The notes under the pieces were generated by a model, which saw only the letters and a list, made by a program, of their open reading frames with translations, was not told where the DNA came from and made no database searches. Below, in pieces: positions 47,207-57,977 of a stretch of DNA of 64,000 bases. The stretch spans positions 390,273 to 454,272 of the forward strand of contig JBAYWG010000001.1 of NCBI GenBank assembly GCA_041674225.1, written 5' to 3'. The DNA is from Minisyncoccota bacterium (lineage in GTDB: Bacteria > Patescibacteriota > Minisyncoccia > Phycocordibacterales > JAACPR01). The stretch's first letter is position 1. The number at the start of each line of letters is the position of its first letter. The position numbers and the translations under genes were made by a program.

Positions 47207-48343
47207 ATGAAAAAAGTAAACTTTGAAAAAATAAAAACTATTGATGACCTGGGAGATATTAAGGGGAAGAAGGTTTTATTGCGATTGAGCTTGAATGTGC
47301 CTGTAGAAAAGGGACATGTGGTGGATCCTTTTCGTATTGAAATGGCGATTCCAACTATTATGGAGCTTAGAGATAAAGGTGCAAAAGTTATTCTTTTAAG
47401 CCATATTGGACGAGATCCAAAAGAAACATTGGAGCCGATAATGAGATATCTTCAAGACACTCTGCCTGTGGTTTTTATACGAGATATTTTTTCAAACAAT
47501 GTTCAAAAAATGATTGATTATGCAGCTCCTGGAAGTGTAATTATTTTTGAAAACTTACGCCGACATGAAGGTGAAGAGAAAAATGATCCTGAATTTGCAA
47601 AACATCTCGCATCCTTTGGAGATATTTATATAAACGATTCTTTTCCTGAATGCCACAGAAAGCACGCTTCAATTGTGGGTATTCCGGAACTTCTACCAAG
47701 TTTTGCAGGAAGACAACTGATACAAGAGATCACAAATCTTTCAAAATCATTCAACCCAGAGCATCCGTTTTTGTTTATTTTAGGTGGAGCAAAAGTAGAA
47801 ACAAAACTGCCTTTAATAAATAATTTTCTAGATAATGCTGACAATATTTTTATTGGAGGAATTTTGGCGAATGATTTTCTAAAAACAATGAATCTACAAA
47901 CAGGAAAATCCGCTCTTTCAAATCAAACAGTTCCGAAGGAATTGCTGGATAATAAAAAGATTATTTTGCCATCTGACATTGTGGTAGACAGAAATGGTAA
48001 AAAGGAAAATATTCCACATGACGCTGTTTTGGAAAACGATAAAATTTTTGATATTGGAAGAAAAAGTGTTGAGACTGTTTGTGATTTGATCAAAAAAGCA
48101 AAATTTATTTTATGGAATGGCCCTGTTGGTTTTTGTGAAGGAGGTTTTTGTGAAGGAACCGAAATTATTGCTAATGCGATTGTGGAGAGTAAAGCTGTTT
48201 CAATTGTGGGAGGGGGAGATACTTTGGCCTCTGTTTCAGATGAAGTGCAAGCTAAAATGACTTTTATTTCTACAGGTGGTGGTGCGATGTTGGATTATCT
48301 TGCAAATGGAAATATTCCCGGTGTTGAAGCTCTAGAGAGATAA
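47207..48343 (+). CDS. pgk: Phosphoglycerate kinase
   Basis: Canonical PGK architecture and length. Sits immediately downstream of tpiA, the conserved pairing. Confidence 0.8.
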   Translation: MKKVNFEKIKTIDDLGDIKGKKVLLRLSLNVPVEKGHVVDPFRIEMAIPTIMELRDKGAKVILLSHIGRDPKETLEPIMRYLQDTLPVVFIRDIFSNNVQKMIDYAAPGSVIIFENLRRHEGEEKNDPEFAKHLASFGDIYINDSFPECHRKHASIVGIPELLPSFAGRQLIQEITNLSKSFNPEHPFLFILGGAKVETKLPLINNFLDNADNIFIGGILANDFLKTMNLQTGKSALSNQTVPKELLDNKKIILPSDIVVDRNGKKENIPHDAVLENDKIFDIGRKSVETVCDLIKKAKFILWNGPVGFCEGGFCEGTEIIANAIVESKAVSIVGGGDTLASVSDEVQAKMTFISTGGGAMLDYLANGNIPGVEALER

Positions 48344-48344
48344 A

Positions 48345-48773
48345 TTACAAGAAAGATTTTATTTTCTCTGCCATTTCTTTTAATTGCTCTGGTGATTCGT
48401 CGTGTGCCAAGATCGGATTTATTTCGTGTTCTTTGAAAAGGGGGATTAGGTGTAGATGTGCATGAGGGACTCCAAAACCTTCCACTGCCATTCCTACACG
48501 TACACAAGCCGTAGCTTTTTGTATTGCTGGTGCAATTTTTGTCGCTAATTCAAAAATTCCCAAATACGTTGCTTTGTCTAAATCAAAAATATAATCCATT
48601 GGTTTTTTAGGGATTATTAGAGTATGACCTAAGTTTATTGGTTTGATGTCTATGAATACAAAGTAATTTTCATCTTCATATATTTTGTCACAAGGAATCT
48701 CTCCAGAGATAATTCGTTCAAATATTGTTGGGTTTAAGCTCATAAATTCATAATATGCTAAAATCGAGCACAT
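48345..48773 (-). CDS. HIT-family (histidine triad) hydrolase
   Basis: HAHLHLIP histidine-triad motif. Confidence 0.8.
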   Translation of the reverse strand: MCSILAYYEFMSLNPTIFERIISGEIPCDKIYEDENYFVFIDIKPINLGHTLIIPKKPMDYIFDLDKATYLGIFELATKIAPAIQKATACVRVGMAVEGFGVPHAHLHLIPLFKEHEINPILAHDESPEQLKEMAEKIKSFL

Positions 48774-50472
48774 GAAAAGATACGAGTTACGAGAAGGTGT
48801 TCCAGAAAAAGTAACTCAAGAATTGGCTGGTTATCCAGAATTGGTACAAAAACTTTTATTTCATCGAGGAATTTCAGATTATAATGCTGCAGAAATATTT
48901 TTTAAACCAGATTTCGAAAGAGATTTGCACGATCCTTTTTTGCTTCCGAACATGGATGAAGCTGTAAATCGAATTTTGTTAGCGATAAAAGAAAATCACA
49001 GATTCACTATTTATTCTGATTATGACGCTGATGGAATTCCAGCGTCCGTGGCTTTGCATGATTTTTTTAAGAAAATTGGTTACGAGAATTTTGATGTATA
49101 TATTCCACATAGAAACAGAGAGGGTTTTGGGTTGAATAAAAAAGCAATTCAAGAAATCGCCTCACGAGGTTCAAAGTTGATGATCACCGTCGATTGTGGG
49201 ACTTCGGATGTAGATGAAGTGGCACTTGCCAGGTCTCTAGGAATTGATGTGATTATCACCGATCATCATGAAGCTCATGAAGTTTTGCCAGATGCGATAA
49301 TTGTTAACCACAAATTGATTGGTTCAAAATATCCGGAAAGAATTTTGTGTGGTGCAGGTGTAGTTTTTAAATTGATTCAAGCTTTGATTGCGAAAGGAGA
49401 TTTTAATTTACCGAAAGGTTTTGAAAAATGGTTTTTGGATATGATTGGAATTGCAACTTTGGCAGACATGGTGCCATTGGTGGGGGAGAATCGAGCACTG
49501 GCGCATTACGGTTTGATTGTGTTGCGCAAATCTCCAAGGCCTGGATTGCAGCAACTTCTCCGAAAAACTCGAACAAATCAAAATCAAATTAGTGTAATGG
49601 ATGTTGGGTTTACAATTGCTCCTAGAATCAATGCGGCATCGAGAATGGGAGAGCCTGATGTGGCATTTAATTTGTTGGCAGAAAAATCTTTTGAAAAAGT
49701 TGGTGCGCTTGTGGATCATTTACATGAAATTAATGATCAAAGAAAAGGTCATGTGGCTGTGATTACAAAAGCTGTGTATCAAAAAATGCATGAGATGGAA
49801 AATTCTGATGAATTGAAAGTGATTGTTGCAGGTAATCCTTTGTGGCAGCCTTCTCTTTTAGGGCTTGCTGCTAGCTCTGTGGTGGAAAAGTACCAGAAGC
49901 CAGTTTTTCTTTGGGGAAGAGGCGATGGAGAAGAATTAAAGGGTTCTTGTCGAAGTATTGAAGGTGTGAGTACTTTGGAATTATTAAATGATGTATCTGA
50001 TTTATTTCATGCTCATGGTGGGCACGATCAGGCTGGGGGTTTCGTTGTGCAATCAGAACATGTGGATTTTTTGCAAGACCGTTTATCTGCTGCTTATGAA
50101 AAATGCGTTTCTGAACAATCTGAACAAGTTGTTTTTCTAGATGCAGAAATTACAATCCCAGAAATTAATTATTCTTTTTTTAATCAAGTTCAAAAATTGA
50201 GTCCCTTCGGTATTGGAAATGAAGAGCCAAAATTTTTAGTTAAAAATATTTTAGTTAATGATGTGCAGAAGTTCGGAAAAAATAAAGAGCACATAAAGAT
50301 AATTTGCGAAGATAACGGAAAGCAAATCGAAGCAATTTCTTTCTTTTCAAATGAAGATTCTTTTTCAAATCCAGTGAAAAAAGATATGAAAATTTCTATT
50401 GTTGCAATTATTGAGAAAAACCAGTGGGGAAAGAGTAGCTTAAGATTGAGAATTTTGGATGTGCTTCTCTAA
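48772..50472 (+). CDS. recJ: Single-stranded-DNA-specific exonuclease RecJ
   Basis: DHH motifs (DYDADG, DHH) and a DHHA1 domain, 566 aa. Confidence 0.85.
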   Translation: MKRYELREGVPEKVTQELAGYPELVQKLLFHRGISDYNAAEIFFKPDFERDLHDPFLLPNMDEAVNRILLAIKENHRFTIYSDYDADGIPASVALHDFFKKIGYENFDVYIPHRNREGFGLNKKAIQEIASRGSKLMITVDCGTSDVDEVALARSLGIDVIITDHHEAHEVLPDAIIVNHKLIGSKYPERILCGAGVVFKLIQALIAKGDFNLPKGFEKWFLDMIGIATLADMVPLVGENRALAHYGLIVLRKSPRPGLQQLLRKTRTNQNQISVMDVGFTIAPRINAASRMGEPDVAFNLLAEKSFEKVGALVDHLHEINDQRKGHVAVITKAVYQKMHEMENSDELKVIVAGNPLWQPSLLGLAASSVVEKYQKPVFLWGRGDGEELKGSCRSIEGVSTLELLNDVSDLFHAHGGHDQAGGFVVQSEHVDFLQDRLSAAYEKCVSEQSEQVVFLDAEITIPEINYSFFNQVQKLSPFGIGNEEPKFLVKNILVNDVQKFGKNKEHIKIICEDNGKQIEAISFFSNEDSFSNPVKKDMKISIVAIIEKNQWGKSSLRLRILDVLL

Positions 50473-50889
50473 TACTTCATTCACTTTTATTAAAATCTCA
50501 TCTAGGGTAAGTGTTGCTTTTACTAAATATTTTTCTGCACCTAGACTTAAACCTTTTTCAATTTCTTCTTTTTGACCAAAGTTTGAAAGAATAACAACTG
50601 GAATATTTTTTGTTTCTTCTTTGCTTTTGATTTCTTCAAGAATCTCAAAACCATTTTTTCCAGGAAGTAAGATATCCAAAATAATAATATCTGGAGTAGT
50701 TGTTTTTAAAATAGCAAAAGCTTGATCAGCGTCGATTGCGTGTAATAGTGTGCATTTATTGATAGAGCACTTTCTAGAAATCATGTCTGACAAAAGCAAA
50801 TCATCTTCCACCCACATGATGACTTTGTCTGTTGGCTGATCTCCTTCACAAAGTACTTCCGAATCAACATCTATATCGTTTTTACTCAT
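50440..50889 (-). CDS. Response regulator receiver-domain protein (CheY-like)
   Basis: DIIILDILLPG phospho-acceptor Asp context. Stand-alone receiver domain. Confidence 0.7.
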   Translation of the reverse strand: MSKNDIDVDSEVLCEGDQPTDKVIMWVEDDLLLSDMISRKCSINKCTLLHAIDADQAFAILKTTTPDIIILDILLPGKNGFEILEEIKSKEETKNIPVVILSNFGQKEEIEKGLSLGAEKYLVKATLTLDEILIKVNEVLEKHIQNSQS

Positions 50890-50918
50890 GATTTTATTGT
50901 AGCACTATATAAATAAAT

Positions 50919-52484
50919 CTACATCCTTTTAGTCGTTGGGAGTTCTATATAGAAAGACGTCTCACCTTCTTTTGTGCTTTCAAACCATATTCTTCCACCA
51001 TGGTCTTCTACGATGTTTTTGGTAATAAAAAGCCCAACTCCTAGCCCTTCAGTCTCTTTTCTTATAGCATTTTTAGCTCTGAAGAATCTTTGGAATATGT
51101 TTTCGGCCTCTTCTTTTGGAATACCGATTCCTTTGTTTTTCACAATTACTTGCAAAGTGGTATTAATTTTTCTGGTCTCAATATTTATAACGCTGTTTTC
51201 ATTACCGTATTTAATTGCATTATCTATAAGGTTTTGTAGGACGATTGAGATTTTTTTGTGGTCAATTTCTGCCATAAGTTTTTCTGCTGGCCGCTTCCAT
51301 TCAATTTTTATATTTCTCTTCACAGACAATGAGTTCACAGATTTTAATGTGTCTTCAATCACTTCAGACATATCTGAACTTTTGAAAACATAATCATATT
51401 TTTCTTTTGTATATAAATCGATATCTAGTAAATCGTTCACTAACTCAATAACTTTATTGTTGCTACTGATATTTTTTTCTAAAAAGTTTTTCTGATCGTC
51501 GGTAAGTTTTCCTATTTCATCATTCTTTAACATTGTAAGACCCCATTTAATTGCTGAAAGGGGAGTTCTCAATTGATGAGCTGCCACAGAAATGAACTCA
51601 GATTTCTTTTCGTCTAGTTTTTTCAAATCATCATAAGCTAGTTGAAGTTCCGTTGTTCTTTGTGCGATAGTCTTTTCAAGAGATTCATTTACAGATGTTA
51701 ATTCCTCTGTTTTTTCACGGACTTGTCTTTCCAATTCTTTTTTACTCATCAAAGAAAGCCATTCATCCATACCCAGAATTCTCTCTGGAATGATTTTTAG
51801 AACCACAGCAGAAAGTTCTGCATTATATTGTTGTTTGAAATTTGTAAAAATATCTCGGAAAATATTCTTTGTAAGTTTTTCTCCTAGTGATAATTCAATT
51901 TTGCCATATAGAACATTAACTAAATTTTTGAATGATTTTGTTATTTCATCCATTTGATAATTGAATCCGTCGTTGATGCTTTGATCTATTAGACAAAAAT
52001 CTAAACCATTTGGTGTGATTTTAATTTTAGAAAGAAAAGGATCTTTGATATCTTTCATTGTTTTTACTAATGTCGCATTTCCTAAGTGTTCATTTATATA
52101 TTCAACAAGTTTAAATATGAAGTTTTCATAAATAGAAATAGTCTGTTCCTTTTTAGGAAGAAAAATAAGCCTAAAGCCCAATGAAAGCTTCTTTGTATCA
52201 GCCTCTCTTTTTAATGCCTCTCTCAGTGTTTCAGGTGTGTAGTTTTTATAATTTTCTGTCTTATTGTTTATTATAAATTCTTCCCAGTTTAAATAAAGAT
52301 TTATAAATACTTCATCATTGCCATCTCTATATTTTTTCTTTAGGCGATTGTATTGGAAAAGATAATTTTCGATTGTGTCAGGATGATGACTAATACTTGC
52401 TAGAAAAGAAAAAATTTTGTCTGCCTCAGTGGGCTTTGTTGGTTTTTGTGAAAAAAAATTATTGAAGAAAGGTATTCTAAACAT
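50919..52484 (-). CDS. Sensor histidine kinase
   Basis: H-box AAHQLRTPL plus HATPase_c N/G boxes at the C-terminus. Confidence 0.8.
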   Translation of the reverse strand: MFRIPFFNNFFSQKPTKPTEADKIFSFLASISHHPDTIENYLFQYNRLKKKYRDGNDEVFINLYLNWEEFIINNKTENYKNYTPETLREALKREADTKKLSLGFRLIFLPKKEQTISIYENFIFKLVEYINEHLGNATLVKTMKDIKDPFLSKIKITPNGLDFCLIDQSINDGFNYQMDEITKSFKNLVNVLYGKIELSLGEKLTKNIFRDIFTNFKQQYNAELSAVVLKIIPERILGMDEWLSLMSKKELERQVREKTEELTSVNESLEKTIAQRTTELQLAYDDLKKLDEKKSEFISVAAHQLRTPLSAIKWGLTMLKNDEIGKLTDDQKNFLEKNISSNNKVIELVNDLLDIDLYTKEKYDYVFKSSDMSEVIEDTLKSVNSLSVKRNIKIEWKRPAEKLMAEIDHKKISIVLQNLIDNAIKYGNENSVINIETRKINTTLQVIVKNKGIGIPKEEAENIFQRFFRAKNAIRKETEGLGVGLFITKNIVEDHGGRIWFESTKEGETSFYIELPTTKRM

Positions 52485-53175
52485 GGTATTTTTTTGTGAA
52501 ATAAATCCCTACTACAATAGTAATCCAAGAAATTAAAAGAACAACATCGCTAATGTCTCCAAAGTAGGAAATGTCATTCCAAGATCTGTAAAAGAATAAA
52601 ATATTACTAATTGCTAATAAAATTAATCCGCTAGATAGACACACAATTCCACAGTGTGTTCTTTTCCCAGAAATTCTTATTGCCATAACTCCGATTGTAA
52701 TAAGAAAAGTATTTAATATTTGTACCCATCCTAAAAAGAAAGATGTTGCAAAATAGGTAATTAAAAAAACAAAAATTGTTTCTACGAATACAAATTTTGG
52801 AAGATTTAATTTATATGTTGTAAGTAATAGATATAAACCAGCGACCATTAAAAGTGATTCTACTAACCATAATGTTTTATTGATTTGAATTTGAGTATTG
52901 AAATCTATTAAAAGTATATTAATCAAAGACAGTACACCGGAGATTCCAAAATATAACAAACTTTTACCTACAAAATTTTTGATACCAATTTTATTTATAC
53001 TTTCGATTACTAAAAATATTCCAATAATCAAAGTGATGTAAAGTGAAGTTTGAAATACTGACTGTAGAAAAGGGGAGATACCTAGTATTGTGATAAAAAA
53101 TATTCCACACAAGAAAGCTAAAAGTGAAATTATTGCAAAAGTCCTCTCTAATTTATCACAAGAATTTGTAAGCAT
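52477..53175 (-). CDS. Polytopic membrane protein (hypothetical)
   Basis: At least 6 TM helices. Overlaps the kinase start by 8 nt, so it may be the sensor membrane module. Confidence 0.5.
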   Translation of the reverse strand: MLTNSCDKLERTFAIISLLAFLCGIFFITILGISPFLQSVFQTSLYITLIIGIFLVIESINKIGIKNFVGKSLLYFGISGVLSLINILLIDFNTQIQINKTLWLVESLLMVAGLYLLLTTYKLNLPKFVFVETIFVFLITYFATSFFLGWVQILNTFLITIGVMAIRISGKRTHCGIVCLSSGLILLAISNILFFYRSWNDISYFGDISDVVLLISWITIVVGIYFTKKYHV

Positions 53176-53176
53176 T

Positions 53177-53974
53177 TTATATTTCGAAGTTTTTTCTTTC
53201 TGGCATTTTAGATAATAAAATCACAGCGTAAGTAAAGATGATTGATGAAAGTACGTACAGTTGATCTGCTATATCGCCGTTCCAAACAATTTCTGTTGCT
53301 GTTCTATAGCTAAAGACAAGGTCTGCCATAGTGATTGTAAACATAGCTAAAACCCAAACCAAAATACCTCTGTAAATTTTCCCTCCAGCCATAATAAGTA
53401 GTGCCACACCTCCTCCTACATAAATAGAGTCACTCAAAGCAAACCCAAAGTTGAAGAAGTTTTCCCAAAATGGTAATTCCCCAGAAATTTCTGGCTTACC
53501 TACAAAGAACAACATTGCTAAAACTAAAATCAAAAACACGCCAGAAGCTGACACAATACTACTTGCTTTAGCGCTTGTTCTGTAAATTTGTAGAAGTGAG
53601 CCAACAGCTAAAGCATATGGAATTGTCATTGCTAAGAAAAATATATCTGCAATAGATGGATATGGAACACTTATGTTTTCTGCGAAGTTGTAATAAACCC
53701 AAATAATCGAACCGATTGCAAATAATGCGTTTGCAATTCCTGTATTTAAAATTGCAGTAGAGACACCCCCTCTGTCACCAATTTTTTTATAATATTGAAA
53801 ACAAATTATTGCAGAAATAGCAAAAACTAACCCTAGAACTAAAGAAGCCCAGTTAGTTATAGAACTATCTGTTTGTTCTGTGAATTGTATCCATAAGAAA
53901 AAAGCGATAGAGCCAAATCCTGATAATGTGATTATTGTAAAAGCTTTTCTGTGAAATTTTTGTAGTAAATCCAT
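53177..53974 (-). CDS. Polytopic membrane protein (hypothetical)
   Basis: At least 7 TM helices. Confidence 0.5.
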   Translation of the reverse strand: MDLLQKFHRKAFTIITLSGFGSIAFFLWIQFTEQTDSSITNWASLVLGLVFAISAIICFQYYKKIGDRGGVSTAILNTGIANALFAIGSIIWVYYNFAENISVPYPSIADIFFLAMTIPYALAVGSLLQIYRTSAKASSIVSASGVFLILVLAMLFFVGKPEISGELPFWENFFNFGFALSDSIYVGGGVALLIMAGGKIYRGILVWVLAMFTITMADLVFSYRTATEIVWNGDIADQLYVLSSIIFTYAVILLSKMPERKNFEI

Positions 53975-54027
53975 GACTAAATTGTAGCATTTATTTAATT
54001 AATTTAAGGTTTTTTATAAACAATATT

Positions 54028-54750
54028 TTGCGTGATATACTTCTCAAAATGAAAATCGCAACAATTTTTACAGATGGTGCATCTCGAGGTAATCCTGGGC
54101 CGGGGGGTTGGGGATCAATTATTTCTTTTAATGGGGAGATTTTAGAAATTGGGGGACGAGAATCCAAAACTACAAACAACAGAATGGAGTTAACTGCTGT
54201 GACAAGCGCTTTAAGTGGTTTAGTTGAAACTAAAAAAACAGAAAATGTAATTATTTTTACTGATTCGAGTTATGTTTTAAATGGTTCTACAAAGTGGATT
54301 CATGGTTGGAAGAGAAATGATTGGAAAAAACAAGATAAAAGTGAAGTTTTAAATAAAGATCTTTGGGAGAAGATGGACTTTCTTTTGGAAAATTTAAATG
54401 TGGAATGGAATCTAGTAGCAGGGCACGCTGGTGTAGCAGGTAATGAGCGGTGTGATGTTATTGCTACTTCTTTTGCGGACAACAATCCAATAGATTTATA
54501 TTCTGGACCCGCAGACAAATATTTTGTTGATATTAAAAATATTGCTCCTTTGGCTGTAAATAAAGACGCAAAAAACAGAGCTAAAACAAAGGCCTATAGC
54601 TATTTGTCTTTAATTAATGGAGAGTTGGTAAAACATTCAACTTGGGCTGAATGTGAAGAAAGAGTGCGAGGTGTAAAAGGTGCAAAATATAGAAAAAGCA
54701 TTTCACCACAAGATGAAATGGATATTATTGCCGAGTGGAACGGGAAATAA
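54028..54750 (+). CDS. rnhA: Ribonuclease HI with C-terminal extension
   Basis: IFTDGASRGNPGPGGWG and the DEDD core. About 90 extra C-terminal residues. Confidence 0.8.
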   Translation: MRDILLKMKIATIFTDGASRGNPGPGGWGSIISFNGEILEIGGRESKTTNNRMELTAVTSALSGLVETKKTENVIIFTDSSYVLNGSTKWIHGWKRNDWKKQDKSEVLNKDLWEKMDFLLENLNVEWNLVAGHAGVAGNERCDVIATSFADNNPIDLYSGPADKYFVDIKNIAPLAVNKDAKNRAKTKAYSYLSLINGELVKHSTWAECEERVRGVKGAKYRKSISPQDEMDIIAEWNGK

Positions 54751-54802
54751 AATTTCGTTAAATTTTCTCTAGAGATTCTCTGAATTTTATTGCGATGTTA
54801 TT

Positions 54803-56206
54803 TTGGAGAAGTCATATCATTTAGAGATGCTTTTTTATAGCGTTGTGTTTTCTTTTTTAGCTGGAGTTTTTTTGTTTGAAGTGATTGGTTTGAAGATTTA
54901 TTCAATCGTTTTTATATTTTTGGTTGGTGTATATTGTTTGATTGCATTTAAAAACTTTCAGATATTTCTGGTGGTTTTATTATTCCTGATTGGTGGATGG
55001 AGGATTTTAAATATAGAGAAAATTAACAATGCGGATTTTTTGTTAAACAAAGATTCTCAATTCGAAGGAGTGGTGGTGAGCGAACCGGATAAAAGGGAAT
55101 TTAATACGCATTATGTCGTTGAATTAAAAGAGTATGATTCGTTAGTCAGAATAACTTTACCTAGATTTCCAGAACTTGCCTTTAATATGCAAATTGTATT
55201 CTCGGGTAAATTACAATCACCGGAAAGTTTTGAAAATGAAAATGGAATCGAATTTGATTATCCAAAATTTTTAGCAAAAGACGGTATTGCATACCTGATG
55301 TTTTATCCTAAGTTAATCTCTAGAGAAGAAAATGCTCCAGAAAATTTTTTAAATAAAATCTGGATCGGTTTTTATAAAACATTAATCAAAATTAAGAGTG
55401 TTTTTTCGGTGAGTTTGCAAAAAGAATTAAAAGAACCGCAAGCGGGTTTGGCGTCAGGAATATTAATTGGATCAAAACAAGCGTTAGGAAAAGATTTACT
55501 GGAAGATTTTAGAAGGGCAGGGTTGATACATCTCGTGGTTTTGTCTGGATATAATGTAACGATTATTGCAGATGCAATCCGAAAACTTCTCTCTGGACTG
55601 CCGATTTTTTACGCAAAAAATTTATCAATATTTTTTATAATATCTTTTGCAATTCTCACTGGGGCTAGTGCGACGACAATTAGAGCCAGTATTATGGCCA
55701 TAATTGCAGTGCTTTCTTTTTCAACTTCTAGAAAGTATCAAGTAAATAGGGCACTCTGGGTCGCCGCTTTCCTTATGGTACTTCACAATCCGAGAATTCT
55801 TACCGGCGACCCAGGCTTCCAGCTCTCATTCGTTGCCACTCTCGGATTGATTCACGTCAGCCCGCTTATTTCAGAAAAATTAAAATTCATAACTGAAAGA
55901 TTTCAAATCCGCGAAATAATCTCCACAACAATCGCCACTCAAATCACAGTTTTACCTCTGTTGGTAAAAATGACAGGAGAAATATCTGTAGTTGCGATGA
56001 TTTCAAATCTTTTAGTTTTGCCATTTATGCCTTTGGCGATGCTTCTCTCAGCAATATCTGGAGCTTTTTCATTTCTAAATCCAATAATAAAAATTGTTTC
56101 TCTCGTAGCTTATATAATTTTGAGTTTTATTATTTTTGTCGCAGAGTGGACTTCGAGTTTATCTTTTGCAGTCGTCAAAATTTCTTTCAACAATCTCCCA
56201 ATTTAA
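54803..56206 (+). CDS. comEC: ComEC/Rec2 competence channel domain protein (N-terminal part of a split ComEC)
   Basis: DUF4131-like N-terminal TM bundle plus the competence domain (LSGYNVTIIA, multiple TM). No beta-lactamase domain in this ORF. Confidence 0.7.
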   Translation: MEKSYHLEMLFYSVVFSFLAGVFLFEVIGLKIYSIVFIFLVGVYCLIAFKNFQIFLVVLLFLIGGWRILNIEKINNADFLLNKDSQFEGVVVSEPDKREFNTHYVVELKEYDSLVRITLPRFPELAFNMQIVFSGKLQSPESFENENGIEFDYPKFLAKDGIAYLMFYPKLISREENAPENFLNKIWIGFYKTLIKIKSVFSVSLQKELKEPQAGLASGILIGSKQALGKDLLEDFRRAGLIHLVVLSGYNVTIIADAIRKLLSGLPIFYAKNLSIFFIISFAILTGASATTIRASIMAIIAVLSFSTSRKYQVNRALWVAAFLMVLHNPRILTGDPGFQLSFVATLGLIHVSPLISEKLKFITERFQIREIISTTIATQITVLPLLVKMTGEISVVAMISNLLVLPFMPLAMLLSAISGAFSFLNPIIKIVSLVAYIILSFIIFVAEWTSSLSFAVVKISFNNLPI

Positions 56207-56746
56207 ATTCGCAAAAAAGTCTTCGATGTAAGTCGCTTTTCCTGAAGGTAAATAGTCTGCAACAAAAGAGTGTTCCCACATATCTAGAGCCAAAATCGGT
56301 GTGCAACCATTTAAATGTCCTAAATGCTGCTCATCAATCCAAGAGTTCAAAAGTTGATTTGTTTTTGGATCGAAATATAAAATAGCCCAACCGATTCCGC
56401 GAGTTTTTGCAATTGTTTTAAATCTATTAATCCAATTTTCAAATGAACCAAAATCTTCTGTAATTTTATTTTTTAAATCTCCTTCAGAAATTTCTTTAGC
56501 ACCACCTTCTAGTGATTCAAAATAAACTTCATGATTTCGCATTCCGTCGAATTCAAAAGAGAAGCGTCTTTGCATTTCAGAGATAGCATAAGCATCTTTT
56601 TCAGCATCTCGAGTTGATACTTCTTCCAAAATTAAGTTTGCGTGTTTTACATAACCTTCATAAAGTTTTACATGTTCCTCTATAGTTTTCTCTGAAATTC
56701 CTTTTAAAACTGGGACATTAAACTTTTTTGCTTCAAATTTTTGCAT
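56159..56746 (-). CDS. sod: Fe/Mn superoxide dismutase
   Basis: N-terminal HH pair and C-terminal DMWEHS(F) motif. Confidence 0.8.
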   Translation of the reverse strand: MQKFEAKKFNVPVLKGISEKTIEEHVKLYEGYVKHANLILEEVSTRDAEKDAYAISEMQRRFSFEFDGMRNHEVYFESLEGGAKEISEGDLKNKITEDFGSFENWINRFKTIAKTRGIGWAILYFDPKTNQLLNSWIDEQHLGHLNGCTPILALDMWEHSFVADYLPSGKATYIEDFFANLNWEIVERNFDDCKR

Positions 56747-56807
56747 TTTATTTATAATTTAGATTCTTTTAATAAAGACATTATATCAAACTGATACAAT
56801 ACTTATC

Positions 56808-57683
56808 GTGAATAATATATTAACTCCGCAGGAAATCAAAAAGCTTTCTATAAACCTAGTTCTGCTGGCTACTCTTTTATTTACTGCCATTTCAGGTTGG
56901 CTACAGATTGCCACAAATGAAAATAAGGGTAATTTGCAGGTGAGTTTCCTAGATGTGGGTCAGGGCGATGCTATTTTTATTGAAGCTCCAAACAAAATGC
57001 AGGTCATCATCGACACTGGTCCAAACGGCAAAATATTAGAATCTTTAAATAATAAAATATCTTTTTTCGATCAAAGTATTGATGCTGTGATTTTGACTCA
57101 TCCAGACTTGGATCACATCGGTGGAACAATCGATTTATTTAATTCCTACGAAATTCCTTTATTGATTTCTGCCACAAGTTCAAAACAAACCGACGCCACT
57201 GAAGAGATCAAAACTTTATCTGTTGAAAGAAGAGAAGTAAAAGAAGGTGACATTCTAATGATTGACGCAGAGAAAAATATTTATTTAGAAATATTGCATC
57301 CAGAAACTGATTACATAAGTGTGGATTCAAACGATCAATCAATTGTGGCTAAATTAATTTTTGATCAGACCTGCTTTATTTTTATGGGAGACGCTTCAAA
57401 AGAAGTTGAAATGAAAATTATTAAAAAATACAGCGATAAAATAAAATGCGACGTTTTGAAAGTAGGGCATCACGGCTCGCACACTTCTTCAGAAGAAAAA
57501 TTTATTGGATTTGTGGCTCCAAAATACGCAATCATCTCTGCTGGAAAAGATAATAAATATGGGCATCCTCACAAAGAAGTCTTAGATACTCTTTCAAAAT
57601 TTAATGCAGAAATATTAAATACTGCAGATTTAGGAAATATCACTTTTTGGAGTGATGGGAAAACTATTGAGAGAGAATATTAG
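56808..57683 (+). CDS. Metallo-beta-lactamase fold protein (ComEC C-terminal-like)
   Basis: LTHPDLDHIGG and KVGHHGS motifs, signal/TM at the N-terminus. Confidence 0.7.
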   Translation: MNNILTPQEIKKLSINLVLLATLLFTAISGWLQIATNENKGNLQVSFLDVGQGDAIFIEAPNKMQVIIDTGPNGKILESLNNKISFFDQSIDAVILTHPDLDHIGGTIDLFNSYEIPLLISATSSKQTDATEEIKTLSVERREVKEGDILMIDAEKNIYLEILHPETDYISVDSNDQSIVAKLIFDQTCFIFMGDASKEVEMKIIKKYSDKIKCDVLKVGHHGSHTSSEEKFIGFVAPKYAIISAGKDNKYGHPHKEVLDTLSKFNAEILNTADLGNITFWSDGKTIEREY

Positions 57684-57922
57684 ATAACCCCAGCGTCTTT
57701 AAGAGCTTTGTACGCACCTTTTTTGTTGATAGTTTTGATAGCTCGAGTAGATAGAGTTAGGTTTAGAGTTTCGTTTATTTCTGGTACGAAAATTCGCTTC
57801 TTTTGCAGGTTAACATACTTTCGAACTTGTCCTGTCGGATTAAATTTAGTAGCACGAATACGGTTTGAGTATCCGCCACCCATTTGTGAATGCTTCCCAG
57901 TTATTGCGCATGCTTTTGCCAT
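57680..57922 (-). CDS. rpmB: 50S ribosomal protein L28
   Basis: MAKACAITGK start typical of L28. The ORF-track start at 58021 is an overextension. Confidence 0.75.
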   Translation of the reverse strand: MAKACAITGKHSQMGGGYSNRIRATKFNPTGQVRKYVNLQKKRIFVPEINETLNLTLSTRAIKTINKKGAYKALKDAGVI

Positions 57923-57977
57923 ATAATTTGTATTTAGTTTTGCCATACTACCAAACACTCTATATAATGCAAGTGTC

